A stretch of 64,000 nucleotides of DNA from an uncultured Desulfosarcina sp. (GCA_963674945.2 CAXXWQ010000004.1:2208001-2272000), one strand, 5' to 3'. Counted from the stretch's first letter, positions 10,539 to 22,356 are shown. Numbers and translations are program-made. Notes: a model not told the origin generated them from the sequence alone.

Positions 10539-13500
10539 CTATTTACCCGCCAATTGATCCAGGGTTTGTTTCAACTCGCGCATGCCATCCGCGATTTCCT
10601 TTCGTTTGGGCGGTTTTTCGCTTAACCAGCGTGAAAGCGGCGTCTTATTCGGGGTGGCTGTCGCCCGCATCAGCTTTCGTATGCGAACACGCCGCAGGTC
10701 ACTGTAAATGGTGATGGTGGGAATGAATGGAAACAAACGGCCCACACGGATCTTTTTGACCTCCTCCTTTGGCAAGAAGAAGCGGTTCACGGGGCTTGCG
10801 ATGGATACACCCTGCGGTGTGATGTCGATGTAGTACCCCTCCCGGCTTCGTTTGGCCATCAGGTAGAGCAGCCCGATCCAGGTGGGAATGAGCAGCACGG
10901 CAAGAAAAAGGATGGCTCCGATCAGCATCTCCAGGCCGAAGACCGCATACTCGATGATCAGTTTCAGCATACTGGGCGCTTGAAACGGCGTCTGTTCGAT
11001 GGTTGCCATCGTGGCCGGAACCGCCGTCGTCAGGCCAAGGGCGAGAACCGCCAGCTGGACGATGACGATCACACCCAATGCCAGGCGTGCATACCGGCGC
11101 CTCGTATAGAAGAAGCTGACGCCCTGGGGGGCATCCTTGTACCGGGGGCCGCGAAATGCGGAGATGATGGAATAGCGAAACCCCTCGAAGAGCGAGTACA
11201 TCACCGGTACAACGACCAGGGTCAACACCGTGGCAAAGCAGATACCGAAGATGATCACCACACCCAGCCCTTCCCACAGTTCGTCGGTGATGGTCAAGGT
11301 GATGATGCCGCCCACCGTGGATAGGGTCGTGGAAAATATGGGGCGAAGGCGCTGCTGGCCGCCGACGACGATGGCGTCGAACAGATCGAGTCCGGATTGG
11401 CGCATGCGGTTGATGCAATCCACCAGCACGATACTGTCGTTGACCACGATACCGGAAAGGCCCACCAGGCCGACGAAACTCATGATGGAAAAAAGGTTGC
11501 CCGTCACATAGAGTCCCGCCATGGCACCGACGATGGACAGGGGAAGGGAGGTGAGAATGGCGAAAGGCTGGGCCAGAGAATCGAATTGGTAGACGAGAAG
11601 GGTAAAAATCAAAATGGCCGCAATGACGTAAGCCAGTCCCAGACTCTCGAAGGATTCCGCCGTCTCTTCATACTCTCCGGAAAGATCGAAGCTGTATCCA
11701 GGGGGGAGCTCTATCTGATTCAATTTTTCGATGAGTTCCTGGGTGATATCGACGGCCGACCGTCCTCGATTGCTGGCCGAAACCCGCACGATGCGTCGTC
11801 GATCCGAGTGCCGGATTCCGTTCAGCCCATTGTCCTGGGTGATTCGCACCAGGGTGGAGAGCGGCACCAGTTCGCCGGTGTTGGCCCGGACCTTTACGTC
11901 GTCGATCATGGATGGACGGGTACGCGATTCCGGCGAAAAACGCACCTTGAGATCGTATTTTTTGGATACATCCAGCTCATCGCGAAATTCGCGGATTTCC
12001 AGACCTGCCGTGGCCCCGCGCAGGGTGTAGGCCAATGCCTCCAGGGGAACCCCCATGGCCGCCGCCTTGGCCCGATCCACCACGATCCTGAGTTCCGGTG
12101 CCGCATCGGCAAAGTCGTCCTGGATATCCACGGTGCCGGGGATCTCCTCCATGATCTTGCGTACCCGGGCCGTAATATCACGCAGCACCTCGATCTCGGG
12201 GCCGACGATCTTGACCAGCACCGGTGCGGCGGTGGGCGGCCCCCACTGGAGGGCCCGAAAACGGATATCGGCGCCGGGAATCTTCTGGAGAAAGGGCCGA
12301 AGCCGCTCCTGGATCTCGCGGTGGGTGGCCCTGGCGAACTCCTTGCCGTCCGTCAGTTCCACGGTAATCTCTGCAAAGTGGCTGATGGCTCCCGATTCGA
12401 AAGAGAATTCATAGGCGCTCTGGCCCCTGTATCCGATGGTGGATACGGTCTGGACCGCCTCGGGGACGTGTTCTGCGACGATTTTCTCCACCTGTCTGGC
12501 GACGGCGTCGGTGATGTCCACTTCGGTACCGCGGGGTGTCTCTACGGTGATATAGAGGTAATCGAAGTCGGCATCGGGAAACATCTCGATTTTGACCAGT
12601 TTCAATGCCACCATGCTCAGGGCGCCCATAAAACTCAGTGTGATGAAGAGAATCACCCAGACCCGGTGGTTCAACGCCCAGGTGATACCGCGAACATAGA
12701 GCCGTTTTAACCGTTTCAGGTCCTCTTCGGGTGTGACGATCCGTCCGTCCTTCACGGTTCGCTTCATGAACAGGCTCAATAGCAGCGGGTTGGCAATCAA
12801 AGCGACGATCAGGGACGCGGCAAGGGCCAGGGACACGGTCTTTGGCAGAAAGCCCAAATATTCGCCCGTCACGCCGGTCATGAGCAGCATCGGCAGGAAG
12901 GCCGCCATGGTGGTCAAGGTCGCCGAGATCACCGGCATGGCGATTTCGCCGGTTCCGTCGATTACGGCCCTGACCCGGTCCTTACCCGATTGATAGTGGT
13001 GGTAGACATTTTCAACCACGATGATGGCGTTGTCCACCAGCATACCGATGCTCAATACTAGAGCGAATCGGACCATGTCGTTGTTGGAGAGTCCGAAGAC
13101 TTTCAAAAAGATGAAGGTGAGCAGCAAGGACAAAGGGATGGACAGCGAGGTGATGATGGAGTTTCTCAGCCCCATGGCGAAATAGAGCACCACGATGACA
13201 ATGAGCAGGCCCATGATGGCCGAGTTGTTCATCATGTCGAACCCCTGCTCGATGTACCTTGCCTTCTCCGCCGTGATGGTGGTCGTCACACCGGCCGGAA
13301 AACCTTTCTCCAGCTCCTTGAGTTTATCTTTGACCTTGTTTGATGACGCTATGATGTTGGCGCCGTTTCGTTTTTTTACGGCGATGGACGCCGAAGAGAC
13401 ACCGTTGATCCGGGACCTCGTGATCTCTTCGGAATGTCCGTCCACCACCGTTGCCACATCCGACAAAAAGACCACGCGATCCCCCTGGCGGTTCAAAGGC

Positions 13501-14225
13501 ACCTTGGCGTAATCTTCCACCCGCTTGATTTCCGTGAGGGTGCGCAGCAGAAGGCGCCGCCCTTCGATGTTGACCTGACCGCCGGGAATGTTGATATCCG
13601 ATTGCTTGACGGCGTTGTAGACATCCAAAATGGTCAGGCCGAACTGATTCAACCGCTCCGGATCCAGATAGATCTGAATCTCACGGACCAGTCCTCCGGC
13701 CACATCGGCGGCGAGAATCTCGGGCATGAGTTCGATCTCATCGGCCACCTTTTCCGCCAGCCGACGCAAACGGACCGGATCGATATCCCCCACCACCGAT
13801 GCAATCAGGATGGGCATATCCGAAAAACTCACCTCGGTGACCTCGGGATCTTCGGCCTGCTCGGGAAGCTCCTTCTGGGCATCGGTGACATTTTCCCGCA
13901 CCTTTTGCAGCGAGCGTTCCAGGTCTGCCTCGGCCTCAAAATCGATGACGACGATGGAGACCCCTTCCAGTGAATGGGAACGCATCTCCTTTACATCTTT
14001 CAGGTCGCTGAGTTCCTCTTCGATGGGATTGGTGACGAGGCTCTCCACCTCACTGGGAGAGGCCCCCGGGAAAAGGGTCACCACGATGGCCACCGGTGCG
14101 GAGACTTCCGGTTCGCCCTCCTTGGGAAGGGTTTTGTAGGAAAAGGTTCCTGCCACGATGGGCATGGCGATGACCAACAGGGCAAAAATCAGCCAGCGTC
14201 TGAGGATGAAAGGATAGAATTTCAC
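10539..14225 (-). CDS. RND-family efflux permease (AcrB-like) with C-terminal extension
   Basis: FPGASPSEVE, GMLVDNAIIVVEN, GIVVNDSIVLVD, RLRPI motifs; 1228 aa; GTG start overlaps the MFP stop. Confidence 0.92.
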   Translation of the reverse strand: MKFYPFILRRWLIFALLVIAMPIVAGTFSYKTLPKEGEPEVSAPVAIVVTLFPGASPSEVESLVTNPIEEELSDLKDVKEMRSHSLEGVSIVVIDFEAEADLERSLQKVRENVTDAQKELPEQAEDPEVTEVSFSDMPILIASVVGDIDPVRLRRLAEKVADEIELMPEILAADVAGGLVREIQIYLDPERLNQFGLTILDVYNAVKQSDINIPGGQVNIEGRRLLLRTLTEIKRVEDYAKVPLNRQGDRVVFLSDVATVVDGHSEEITRSRINGVSSASIAVKKRNGANIIASSNKVKDKLKELEKGFPAGVTTTITAEKARYIEQGFDMMNNSAIMGLLIVIVVLYFAMGLRNSIITSLSIPLSLLLTFIFLKVFGLSNNDMVRFALVLSIGMLVDNAIIVVENVYHHYQSGKDRVRAVIDGTGEIAMPVISATLTTMAAFLPMLLMTGVTGEYLGFLPKTVSLALAASLIVALIANPLLLSLFMKRTVKDGRIVTPEEDLKRLKRLYVRGITWALNHRVWVILFITLSFMGALSMVALKLVKIEMFPDADFDYLYITVETPRGTEVDITDAVARQVEKIVAEHVPEAVQTVSTIGYRGQSAYEFSFESGAISHFAEITVELTDGKEFARATHREIQERLRPFLQKIPGADIRFRALQWGPPTAAPVLVKIVGPEIEVLRDITARVRKIMEEIPGTVDIQDDFADAAPELRIVVDRAKAAAMGVPLEALAYTLRGATAGLEIREFRDELDVSKKYDLKVRFSPESRTRPSMIDDVKVRANTGELVPLSTLVRITQDNGLNGIRHSDRRRIVRVSASNRGRSAVDITQELIEKLNQIELPPGYSFDLSGEYEETAESFESLGLAYVIAAILIFTLLVYQFDSLAQPFAILTSLPLSIVGAMAGLYVTGNLFSIMSFVGLVGLSGIVVNDSIVLVDCINRMRQSGLDLFDAIVVGGQQRLRPIFSTTLSTVGGIITLTITDELWEGLGVVIIFGICFATVLTLVVVPVMYSLFEGFRYSIISAFRGPRYKDAPQGVSFFYTRRRYARLALGVIVIVQLAVLALGLTTAVPATMATIEQTPFQAPSMLKLIIEYAVFGLEMLIGAILFLAVLLIPTWIGLLYLMAKRSREGYYIDITPQGVSIASPVNRFFLPKEEVKKIRVGRLFPFIPTITIYSDLRRVRIRKLMRATATPNKTPLSRWLSEKPPKRKEIADGMRELKQTLDQLAGK

Positions 14226-15298
14226 TGGATCACCGTCACCTTGTCACCGGTCTTCAGATATTGGGCCCCGGACACCACCAGGTCGTCACCGGGTTGCAAG
14301 CCTTCGAGAATCTGCACATCGGAGCCGACCATCTGCCCCAGCTTGACCTCCCGCACCTGGGCCATCCGATCCCCGTTGACGACGAACACCTCCTTGCGAT
14401 TCTCCCGGAAGAGGACGCTGCTTTGGGCAATGAGGATGGCGTCGGGAATGACTCTGGTTTCAATGGCCACACGGGCCGTTAAACCCGCCTTTAGCGTGAA
14501 ATCCGGATTGTCCATAAGAATTTCCACTTCGAAGGTGTTGGTGCGGGAATCGGCCTGAATGCCGATCTTGTCCACCCGTCCCGCCATGGGCAGATGGTCG
14601 AAGGCCTCCACCGTTACGGTGACGGGATCATCTTTGTCCACATATACGTAATCCAGCTCGTTGATGTATATCTTGACCCGCATGGTTTTCGTATCGGCCA
14701 CCTGCATGACGGGACTTCCCGCCGCGACATTTTGCCCCTTTTCGATGAATCGTTGGGTCACATGGCCGTCGAAAGGGGCGGTGATGGTGGTTTTGTCCAG
14801 ACGCCGCTGGGCCATGGCCACCATGGTCTCCAATTGGGTGACGGTGGCCTGGGCACTGGCGTACGCAGCCTCGGCCTGTTCGTACAATTCCTCTGTGATC
14901 GCCTTTTCCGGAAGCAGGCGCTTTGCCCGTTCAAAGGAATTTTTCGTCACCGGCAACCGGATCTGGGCGGCCAGGAGATTGGCCTCGGCCTCCTTGAGGG
15001 CAAGACGATAGTCAACCGCCTCGATTTGCGCGAGACGATCGCCCTTTGCGACCTTGGAACCCACATCGGCGTCGTATTTCTCCAGAATACCCGGTACTTC
15101 GGCGGATATAACCACCTCCCGGTCGGGTGTTAGCCGGCCGACGGCACGGACCACGATGGGAAGATCCTGACTGACGATCGTTCGGGTCAAAACGGCACGG
15201 GGTGGCGTCTCTGCTTGCGTCTCTTCCTGTGGGGGCTTGCATGCGAAGATCATGACCCCGGCAAGCAGACCGACAACCCAAAAAAGATAGGATTTCAT
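14222..15298 (-). CDS. RND periplasmic adaptor (membrane fusion lipoprotein)
   Basis: Lipobox IFAC, ITAPFDG, EGLQPGD motifs; directly upstream of the permease. Confidence 0.9.
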   Translation of the reverse strand: MKSYLFWVVGLLAGVMIFACKPPQEETQAETPPRAVLTRTIVSQDLPIVVRAVGRLTPDREVVISAEVPGILEKYDADVGSKVAKGDRLAQIEAVDYRLALKEAEANLLAAQIRLPVTKNSFERAKRLLPEKAITEELYEQAEAAYASAQATVTQLETMVAMAQRRLDKTTITAPFDGHVTQRFIEKGQNVAAGSPVMQVADTKTMRVKIYINELDYVYVDKDDPVTVTVEAFDHLPMAGRVDKIGIQADSRTNTFEVEILMDNPDFTLKAGLTARVAIETRVIPDAILIAQSSVLFRENRKEVFVVNGDRMAQVREVKLGQMVGSDVQILEGLQPGDDLVVSGAQYLKTGDKVTVIQ

Positions 15299-15580
15299 TG
15301 GCAACAATAACCTCGTTCAACAGCTACAATGCTTGGTTTTAAACGGAAAAGGATGGGACCGGCATGGGAACGTGGGGGGACAATAAAGAATTCATCCCCA
15401 TAAATCAATACCCGCAGATTTTTATATGTGCCTTTTCGTGAGGATCGTTCGCGGCATTTCCCGCAAGGGGAAAAAGGATGAAATGGTTCAGGAAAAAGGT
15501 TCCGGGGCTTGACGAGGTTGCCTCCGATCATGGCAGACAACCTCGTTTCAATCTGTTTTACATTGAAAACGAATTGATGT

Positions 15581-16066
15581 CTAAAAAGGAATGTCATCCT
15601 CCTGATCATTGGGATAGGGAGGCTGGGGGTAGCCCTGGTCCGGGTAGCCGTCATTCTGGTAGTTCTTTCCGGGAGCACCGCCACCACCCGCCATGGGGCG
15701 AGGCCCGCCACCACCGTCCGCGCGGTTGCCGAGCATCTGCATGGTCCCGCGCATATCCACCACAACTTCCGTGGTATAACGGTCCTGACCATCCTGGCCC
15801 TGCCACTTTCGCGTTTGCAGCTTGCCTTCGATGTACACCTGACGTCCCTTGGCCAGATATTGGCCGCAGATTTCAGCGAGCTTGCCAAACACCACCACGC
15901 GATGCCACTCCGTCTTCTCCCTGCGTTCGCCGCTGTTTTTGTCCGTCCATGTCTCGGAGGTCGCCAGGGAAAAATTGGCAATGGGCCTGCCATCGGCCGT
16001 ATATCGGATCTCGGGGTCCTGTCCAAGATTTCCCACCAATATCACTTTGTTGATACCACCTGCCAT
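15581..16066 (-). CDS. ssb: Single-stranded DNA-binding protein
   Basis: [23 protein letters not shown]-terminal DDIPF; real start ATG 16066. Confidence 0.97.
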   Translation of the reverse strand: MAGGINKVILVGNLGQDPEIRYTADGRPIANFSLATSETWTDKNSGERREKTEWHRVVVFGKLAEICGQYLAKGRQVYIEGKLQTRKWQGQDGQDRYTTEVVVDMRGTMQMLGNRADGGGGPRPMAGGGGAPGKNYQNDGYPDQGYPQPPYPNDQEDDIPF

Positions 16067-16104
16067 GTGTTCCCTTCCTTTCTTTTCCCTATGTTTCGGA
16101 TGTA

Positions 16105-17214
16105 TTATCGATTTTTCGCAAACCACGTCCACAACCTTCCGGCAATTGGCTGTTTTGCACGGATAGCCCCGTGGGGGCACACCTCCAAACAGCAGTAGCA
16201 GCGGATGCAGCCAGCGGCGTCGAATGAAATTTTCCGGTCGGTGTGGGTGATGACCTGTGCTGGGCAAATTTTCCAGCACTCGCCGCAAAGCTTGCAGGCA
16301 TCGTTGTCCACCACCGGCTTTTGGATAACGAATCTGCGCATGAAGCGAGACAGATTCTCCTGCCCCATGAATACGAAGGTTCGTTCCGGAAACCGAAAAT
16401 CGTTTAAAATCGTCAGGTCCCCGTCGATGTGCACACCGCCATCGTAGAGCCCCAACTCGATGGCGACCTTCTGGGTCTCCAAGACGACGGGATCCAGTCC
16501 CACGGTAAGACAGATGGCGTGATCCACGGCATGGGGTGTTTTTCCACCGATCAGAAGTCCCATCTGCCGAGGCGTGCCGCTTTTTCCCGGCCCCTGCCCC
16601 TCCATGGCCAGGATACCATCCACGATGGTGAAATCCGGATTCACGGCATCGCATATGCGGACGATCAACTTTGCGAACATGTGTCGATCAATCCCAGCGC
16701 GTGCGTGCCATTCGGGCTTTTGTAATCCCACGATACAGCCGAAGAGGTTTTTGACCCCCAGCGTCATTCCCATCTGGGCATGTGTCTTCAGCTTGGCCAG
16801 ATTGATGACCACATCGGCCGCCATGGCATCCCTGGCCACGTCGATGGTACCGAAAGGCTCGCCCACATCCACGGTTATGGTACCATCGAAGGGCTTGATG
16901 GTCACGTCAAAACCATCGAGGGCCTCCTGATACCCCCCTTTTCTCATCAGGGAATGGAAGTTCCCCATGGCCGGGCTGTCGGATATCTGCACCTTTGCCC
17001 CCCGATCCAGCATGAATGCGACAGCGGCCTTTACGACGAGCGGATGTGTCGTAATGGCCTTATCGGGTTCGGCGGGCATAAGAAAATTGGGCTTGATCAG
17101 TACACGGGTACCGGCACGAATCTCGGGCGCGGCCTCGGATGCCAGCATCTCGAATACGATGGGTCGAAGTGATTGGTATTCGTATGACGCTTGTCGGATG
17201 TAGACGGTGGACAT
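16105..17214 (-). CDS. DUF362-domain protein with C-terminal 2x[4Fe-4S] ferredoxin domain
   Basis: VLIKPN, TTHP, KLKTH, GVKNLFG, MEGQGP; two CxxCxxCxxxCP motifs. Confidence 0.88.
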   Translation of the reverse strand: MSTVYIRQASYEYQSLRPIVFEMLASEAAPEIRAGTRVLIKPNFLMPAEPDKAITTHPLVVKAAVAFMLDRGAKVQISDSPAMGNFHSLMRKGGYQEALDGFDVTIKPFDGTITVDVGEPFGTIDVARDAMAADVVINLAKLKTHAQMGMTLGVKNLFGCIVGLQKPEWHARAGIDRHMFAKLIVRICDAVNPDFTIVDGILAMEGQGPGKSGTPRQMGLLIGGKTPHAVDHAICLTVGLDPVVLETQKVAIELGLYDGGVHIDGDLTILNDFRFPERTFVFMGQENLSRFMRRFVIQKPVVDNDACKLCGECWKICPAQVITHTDRKISFDAAGCIRCYCCLEVCPHGAIRAKQPIAGRLWTWFAKNR

Positions 17215-17386
17215 GCGTTACGCGTACTTTCTTAAATTTAGGAAATAGGATTTAAAAAGCGCTACAATAGGATATCAGGCGCCGTTAACCTTATTTACAA
17301 ACCCATGGAACAACTGATAGGTTGCACCGGTAGTGCAGCTTAATATCGATGGGATTCCAAATCAAGCCCCGTCTTCGGATAAGATA

Positions 17387-18577
17387 ATGCCCCAAACGGA
17401 TCGTTCTCACCACAGCACTTTGGACAAACGGTTTCGTCGCCATGTTATCGGTCGGGTGCGGCAATACCATGTGATCACGATTCCGGGATTCGAAACGCTT
17501 TGCCACCGCGAACTCTCCGGCTTGGGTATTGCTCCCGACCAGATGAAGGCGGAACCCGGGGGTGTGACCTTTTCCGGTCGCTTCGTGGATTGCCAGAAGG
17601 CGAACCTTCACTTGCACACGGCGACGCGCGTTCTCATGCGCATCGATGAATTTACCGTGACAAATACCCGTCAATTGGAGAAAAAAGCCGCCGCAATTCC
17701 CTGGGAGCTGTTTCTCCCCAAAGGCCAAATGCCGGACTTTCGTATCCGCAGCCGGCGATCCCGGCTCTATCATACGAAGGCAATTTATCAAAGCCTTTCG
17801 GAAAGCATTCACCGGCGGATCGGCGTCGATTGTGACGCTCCGTCCCCAACGAAACGCGCCACCGTTTATGCCCGGGCCATCGATGATCGATTTGTCCTGT
17901 CCATGGATAGCAGTGGCGTCCCGCTTTACAAACGTGGTGTGAAAGAGGGAAAGGCACGGGCACCCATACGGGAAACCCTTGCCGCTGCCGTTCTCATGTC
18001 CGCCGGCTACGATTGCCGTCGGCCCCTGGTGGATCCCATGTGCGGCGCCGGGACCTTCTCCCTGGAAGCCGCCATGATGGCCAAACAGATGGCGCCGGGA
18101 ATCGGCCGTCGGTTTGCTTTTATGGATTGGCCTGCATTTCGCGTTGCACCATGGAACTTCTTAAGACGGTCCGCCGAGGCCGGGATGCAAAAGATGCCGC
18201 AGCATTGTATCTTTGCATCGGACGTGGATCCCGTGTCCTGCAACCGGTTGGAGGGCACCGTCGCCGGAAGCGGCTTTGAAGATGCAGTCCGGATTCGCCG
18301 GCAAGATTTTTTTACCTGCCATGGAAAAGCGTTCGGCGATAAAACAGGGCTCGTGGTGATCAACCCACCCTATGGTATCCGCCTTTCGTCAAAAAAACAG
18401 GCAGAGAAGCTGTTCGTGGGCATTTGCCGCCACCTGGCCCAGGCATTCGGGGGCTGGAACGTGGCCCTGATCGTCCCCCAACGCCAATGGATCGGCAGGT
18501 TGCCGTTTCCCGCCCGGCAGATATCCTTTCCCCACGGGGGGTTGAAGTTGACGCTTCTGGTGGGAACGGTACCCTAA
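17387..18577 (+). CDS. THUMP-domain class I RNA methyltransferase (RlmL-like)
   Basis: LYKRG, APIRETLAAA, DPMCGAGT, NPPYG; start uncertain (17333 GTG or 17387 ATG). Confidence 0.88.
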   Translation: MPQTDRSHHSTLDKRFRRHVIGRVRQYHVITIPGFETLCHRELSGLGIAPDQMKAEPGGVTFSGRFVDCQKANLHLHTATRVLMRIDEFTVTNTRQLEKKAAAIPWELFLPKGQMPDFRIRSRRSRLYHTKAIYQSLSESIHRRIGVDCDAPSPTKRATVYARAIDDRFVLSMDSSGVPLYKRGVKEGKARAPIRETLAAAVLMSAGYDCRRPLVDPMCGAGTFSLEAAMMAKQMAPGIGRRFAFMDWPAFRVAPWNFLRRSAEAGMQKMPQHCIFASDVDPVSCNRLEGTVAGSGFEDAVRIRRQDFFTCHGKAFGDKTGLVVINPPYGIRLSSKKQAEKLFVGICRHLAQAFGGWNVALIVPQRQWIGRLPFPARQISFPHGGLKLTLLVGTVP

Positions 18578-18644
18578 CAGGTCAGTATAGAAAATATAGT
18601 CCTATGGGCTAATTCAAAAATAAATGGATCAACCGTAACGCTGT

Positions 18645-18779
18645 TTCAGGAATTCAGGAGTCAGAATTCAGAAGACAGAATCAGGTATTCGCCTTCGGCT
18701 CGATCCATTTTTTTCCAATCGATGAAGCGAAGCGACATCAGGTTCATTCTGACTCCTGAATTCTGACTTCTGGCTCCTG
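18645..18779. repeat. Palindromic element with heptamer-repeat arms (family C, copy 1)
   Basis: Arms of CAGAATT/CAGGAGT-type heptamers in inverted orientation around a core with GCCTTCGGC and GCGAAGCGAC; related inverted copy at 39695-39890. Confidence 0.8.
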
Positions 18780-18852
18780 TGGCTTTTTGTAATCACTGCG
18801 CATCCCCTTTTTAGGGGAACATAATGTTGGGTCCTCTGGGGCCTGATTTCGT

Positions 18853-20544
18853 CTATCCCTTTTTCTTCAGCTTGGCCCAGGCATCCCGAAGGGTCACCGT
18901 TCGGTTGAAAACCAGATTGTCTGGCTTGGCGCCCTTGATGTCCACACAGAAATACCCCATCCGTTCGAACTGGCAAATGTATCCCGGCCGGACATCGGCA
19001 AGGCAGGGTTCCAGCTTGCAACCGTCGAGGACCTCCAATGCCTTTTTATTGATGAAATCCTTGTAGGTCTTGCCCTCCACTTTTTCGTCCGGGTTGGCCT
19101 TTTCGAAGAGCCGGTCATAAAGCCGCACCTTGGCATCCACGGCATGGCGCGCGGACACCCAATGGAGCGTTGCCTTGACCTTTCGCCCGTCGGGTGCGTC
19201 TCCGCCCCGTGTGGCCGGATCGTAAGTGCATCGAAGTTCCGTGACTTCACCGGTCGATTCGTCCTTGATCACGTCGATGCAGGTGATGAAGAAGGCGTAT
19301 CGCAACCGTACCTCCCGCCCGGGCCCGAGGCGGAAGAATTTTTTGGGCGGATTCTCCATAAAATCGTCCTTCTCGATGTAGATTTCCCGGGAAAAAGGTA
19401 CCTTTCGGGTTCCCGCCGACGGATCTTCGGGATTGTTTACGGCTTCCAGTTCGTCCACATGGCCTTCGGGATAATTTTCGATGACAACTTTCAAAGGCCG
19501 CAGGACACCCATGACCCGGGGGGCCTTCTTGTTCAAGCTCTCCCGGACGCTGTACTCCAAGAGGGCAACATCCACGACGCTGTCCCGTTTGGCCAGGCCG
19601 ATGCGATCGCAAAAATTCCGGATCGCTTCGGGTGGATAACCCCGACGCCGAAGGCCGCAGATGGTGGGCATCCGCGGGTCGTCCCAACCTTCCACGAAAC
19701 CCTCATCCACCAACTGGATGAGTTTTCTTTTGCTGAGCACCGTATAACTTAGGTTCAGACGGGCGAATTCGATCTGCTGGGGATGGCAGGGGGCACTTAC
19801 GTTGTCCAGCACCCAGTCGTAAAGGGGGCGGTTGTTTTCAAACTCCAGTGTACACAGACTGTGGGTGATGCCTTCGATACTGTCGGACAGGCAATGGGTG
19901 AAATCATACATGGGATAGATACACCACTTGTCTCCGGTACGATGATGTCGGGTCTTTCGGATCCGGTATAGGGTCGGATCGCGCATGATCAGGTTGGGGT
20001 GTGCCATGTCGATCTTGGCCCGCAGCACCCGTGATCCGTCTTCGAATTCACCGGCACGCATGCGGGAAAACAGGTCCAGGTTCTCCTCGACGCTCCGATC
20101 ACGAAACGGACTGTTCTTCCCCGGTTCGGTGAGCGTCCCGCGGTATCGGCGAATCTGGTCTGCGTCAAGGTCATCCACATAGGCCTTGCCCGACGCGATC
20201 AATTCCACGGCAAAATCGTACAACCGGTCGAAATAGTCCGATGCATAGTAAAGCCGCTCTTCCCAGTCATGCCCGAGCCAGCGCACATCTTCCATGATGG
20301 CATCGACATATTCCACGTCCTCCTTGGTGGGATTCGTGTCGTCGAAGCGCATGTTACACGTTCCGCCGTATTCTTTCGCCACACCGAAATTCAGGCAGAT
20401 GGATTTTGCATGGCCGATGTGAAGGTAGCCATTGGGCTCCGGGGGAAACCGAGTGGCCACCTTGCCGTCGTTCTTTCCGGATTTTATATCTGCTTCAATA
20501 ATGGCCGTAATGAAGTTGGTCCCCGACGGGGTTTCATTTTCCAT
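18853..20544 (-). CDS. glnS: Glutaminyl-tRNA synthetase
   Basis: [39 protein letters not shown]. Confidence 0.97.
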   Translation of the reverse strand: MENETPSGTNFITAIIEADIKSGKNDGKVATRFPPEPNGYLHIGHAKSICLNFGVAKEYGGTCNMRFDDTNPTKEDVEYVDAIMEDVRWLGHDWEERLYYASDYFDRLYDFAVELIASGKAYVDDLDADQIRRYRGTLTEPGKNSPFRDRSVEENLDLFSRMRAGEFEDGSRVLRAKIDMAHPNLIMRDPTLYRIRKTRHHRTGDKWCIYPMYDFTHCLSDSIEGITHSLCTLEFENNRPLYDWVLDNVSAPCHPQQIEFARLNLSYTVLSKRKLIQLVDEGFVEGWDDPRMPTICGLRRRGYPPEAIRNFCDRIGLAKRDSVVDVALLEYSVRESLNKKAPRVMGVLRPLKVVIENYPEGHVDELEAVNNPEDPSAGTRKVPFSREIYIEKDDFMENPPKKFFRLGPGREVRLRYAFFITCIDVIKDESTGEVTELRCTYDPATRGGDAPDGRKVKATLHWVSARHAVDAKVRLYDRLFEKANPDEKVEGKTYKDFINKKALEVLDGCKLEPCLADVRPGYICQFERMGYFCVDIKGAKPDNLVFNRTVTLRDAWAKLKKKG

Positions 20545-20659
20545 TCTTGTTGGTTCCTTTTTGTGTAAATTTTTTTCTTTTGGGTTGGCTCACCGATGAC
20601 TGGGAACAGACCATTTTTGATCTGGACGAAATTGAATATGGCAAAAACCATAGAGGGTG

Positions 20660-20926
20660 TCAAACCGATATGGGGGCGATGAGGTGCAAACCCACGTGTC
20701 CATCCTCGCACCTGACAACGATGGCGTCGATGGTGATGGGCTCGCGTCCGGCGATGTACAAGACACCCTCGACCCAACCGGAGAGGGGAAAGGGATCATT
20801 GTGGGAGATGCGAAGGCCATTTTTGCTGTAATCGACCACTTCGTATTCTTGCCGCCCGACTTTGAGCGTCGGTCGCATGGAATGTTCACATGAATGTCGC
20901 TGGAAGGCGCGTCTGGGATCTGGCAT
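20660..20926 (-). CDS. Single-domain PilZ protein
   Basis: RRAFQR (RxxxR) and DYSKNG (DxSxxG) c-di-GMP motifs; GGAG RBS. Confidence 0.75.
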   Translation of the reverse strand: MPDPRRAFQRHSCEHSMRPTLKVGRQEYEVVDYSKNGLRISHNDPFPLSGWVEGVLYIAGREPITIDAIVVRCEDGHVGLHLIAPISV

Positions 20927-21054
20927 TTGTCCGGCTCCTGGGGATCGTCTGAAGGGGTCCTTTCTTGATTTTCTTCTATCTTATAGGATATCGATCCAAG
21001 CACCATGAACTTTACCCCCCATCGATCGACAATAGACGAAATGGAATCGAGTCG

Positions 21055-22101
21055 TTGAAAATATTGGACAAAACCCACGACCAGTTCGTCGGCCGTATTC
21101 AAAAACGATACGGCACGGGAACCCATATCAGCACGCCGTTGTACCGTCAGGTGATGAAAAAAGGAAAGATCTTTTTCGAAAACCTGCGGCTCGATGGAAA
21201 AAATCGGGAAATTGTAAAAACTCTTTCATCCAACCTGGCCTCGGACGCAGGCAGGGTGGTCCATCGAATATCCGATGAGGGTGTCGTTAAATTCGTCACC
21301 CGTTTGCGAGACGGCCTTGCCATCGAATCGGTGGTAATCCCCATGTTCAGGCGGCATACCCTGTGCGTTTCCAGCCAGGTGGGTTGTCGCATGGGTTGCC
21401 GATTCTGCCTAACCGGCAAGATGGGGCTGATCCGCCACCTGACCGCAGAAGAGATCGTCTGGCAGGTTTTCGCCGCCCGGCACCTTCTTCGGTTCAATAT
21501 CCGAAACGTCGTGTTCATGGGAATGGGGGAACCGTTGGACAACCTTGAAAACGTGATGCAGGCGATCCGGGTACTCTCCGACCAGCGTGGATTGGATATC
21601 GCCCGGCGCTATATTACCGTTTCCACGGTGGGGCTGGCCGAGGGCATCGACCGCCTCGCCCGGATGGAGGGGAACCCGGTCAACCTCGCCGTCTCTCTCA
21701 ACGCACCCGATGACGACATTCGTTGCCGGCTCATGCCCATCAATCGGGTCACGCCCATGGGCGTTTTGATGGAACGACTGACTGCGTATCCCCTGACCAG
21801 GAAGGCCGCCATTCTTATCGGGTATGTGCTCATATCCGGCGTAAACGACGATTCGGGACATGCGCGGGCATTGGCCCGGTACCTTGCCCCTATCCGGGCG
21901 AAGCTAAACCTGATTCGCTATAATCAATCGGAAAATCAAGACTTTCGTGCACCTTCCATGGAAAGTTTCGATCGATTTCACAAACTATTGGTAGCGGAGA
22001 AGGTGTTCGTAAGACGTCGCGGGGAAAAAGGAGGGAAAATCATGGCATCCTGCGGACAGTTGGGTGGCAGGCTGTCATCGTCCGAGAATGGGAACTTGTG
22101 A
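21055..22101 (+). CDS. rlmN: Radical SAM RNA methyltransferase RlmN
   Basis: CVSSQVGCRMGCRFC, FMGMGEP, SCGQL; start uncertain (TTG 21055 chosen). Confidence 0.9.
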   Translation: MKILDKTHDQFVGRIQKRYGTGTHISTPLYRQVMKKGKIFFENLRLDGKNREIVKTLSSNLASDAGRVVHRISDEGVVKFVTRLRDGLAIESVVIPMFRRHTLCVSSQVGCRMGCRFCLTGKMGLIRHLTAEEIVWQVFAARHLLRFNIRNVVFMGMGEPLDNLENVMQAIRVLSDQRGLDIARRYITVSTVGLAEGIDRLARMEGNPVNLAVSLNAPDDDIRCRLMPINRVTPMGVLMERLTAYPLTRKAAILIGYVLISGVNDDSGHARALARYLAPIRAKLNLIRYNQSENQDFRAPSMESFDRFHKLLVAEKVFVRRRGEKGGKIMASCGQLGGRLSSSENGNL

Positions 22102-22266
22102 AATTAATTACATAGAGATGGGAAGTACCCACCATAAAAAGAGAAAGGCGAACCGGTCTTTCCCGTTTCTTCCATGTCACGAGAGCAACGATATTATTTT
22201 TTAACATTTTGTTATTTATGTATATTTAATTACATCCGATGGTGTCTCGCCCCAAGCCATCGGACT

Positions 22267-22282
22267 TGGCATCAAGGTTGCT
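22267..22282 (+). promoter_or_regulatory. Putative sigma54 -24/-12 promoter
   Basis: TGGCATCAAGGTTGCT with canonical spacing, AT-rich upstream tract, 75 bp before ATG 22357. Confidence 0.65.
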
Positions 22283-22356
22283 TTTACAGGGGGAAACGCC
22301 GGTGAGGCATGGATTAATCAAAATAGATTTGGATACTACCAGTTGGGGCTTGAGAC

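Noticed and set aside
11397..12710. Long antisense ORFs (also 23789-24838, 25375-26652, 26811-27866, 27909-29246, 46799-48019, 59239-60330)
   Set aside because: They lie opposite well-supported genes, have no motifs, and are the expected shadow of GC-rich codon usage
16067..16654. Apparent 196-aa N-terminal extension of SSB
   Set aside because: Overlaps the DUF362 gene in another frame; SSB similarity and an RBS begin at 16066
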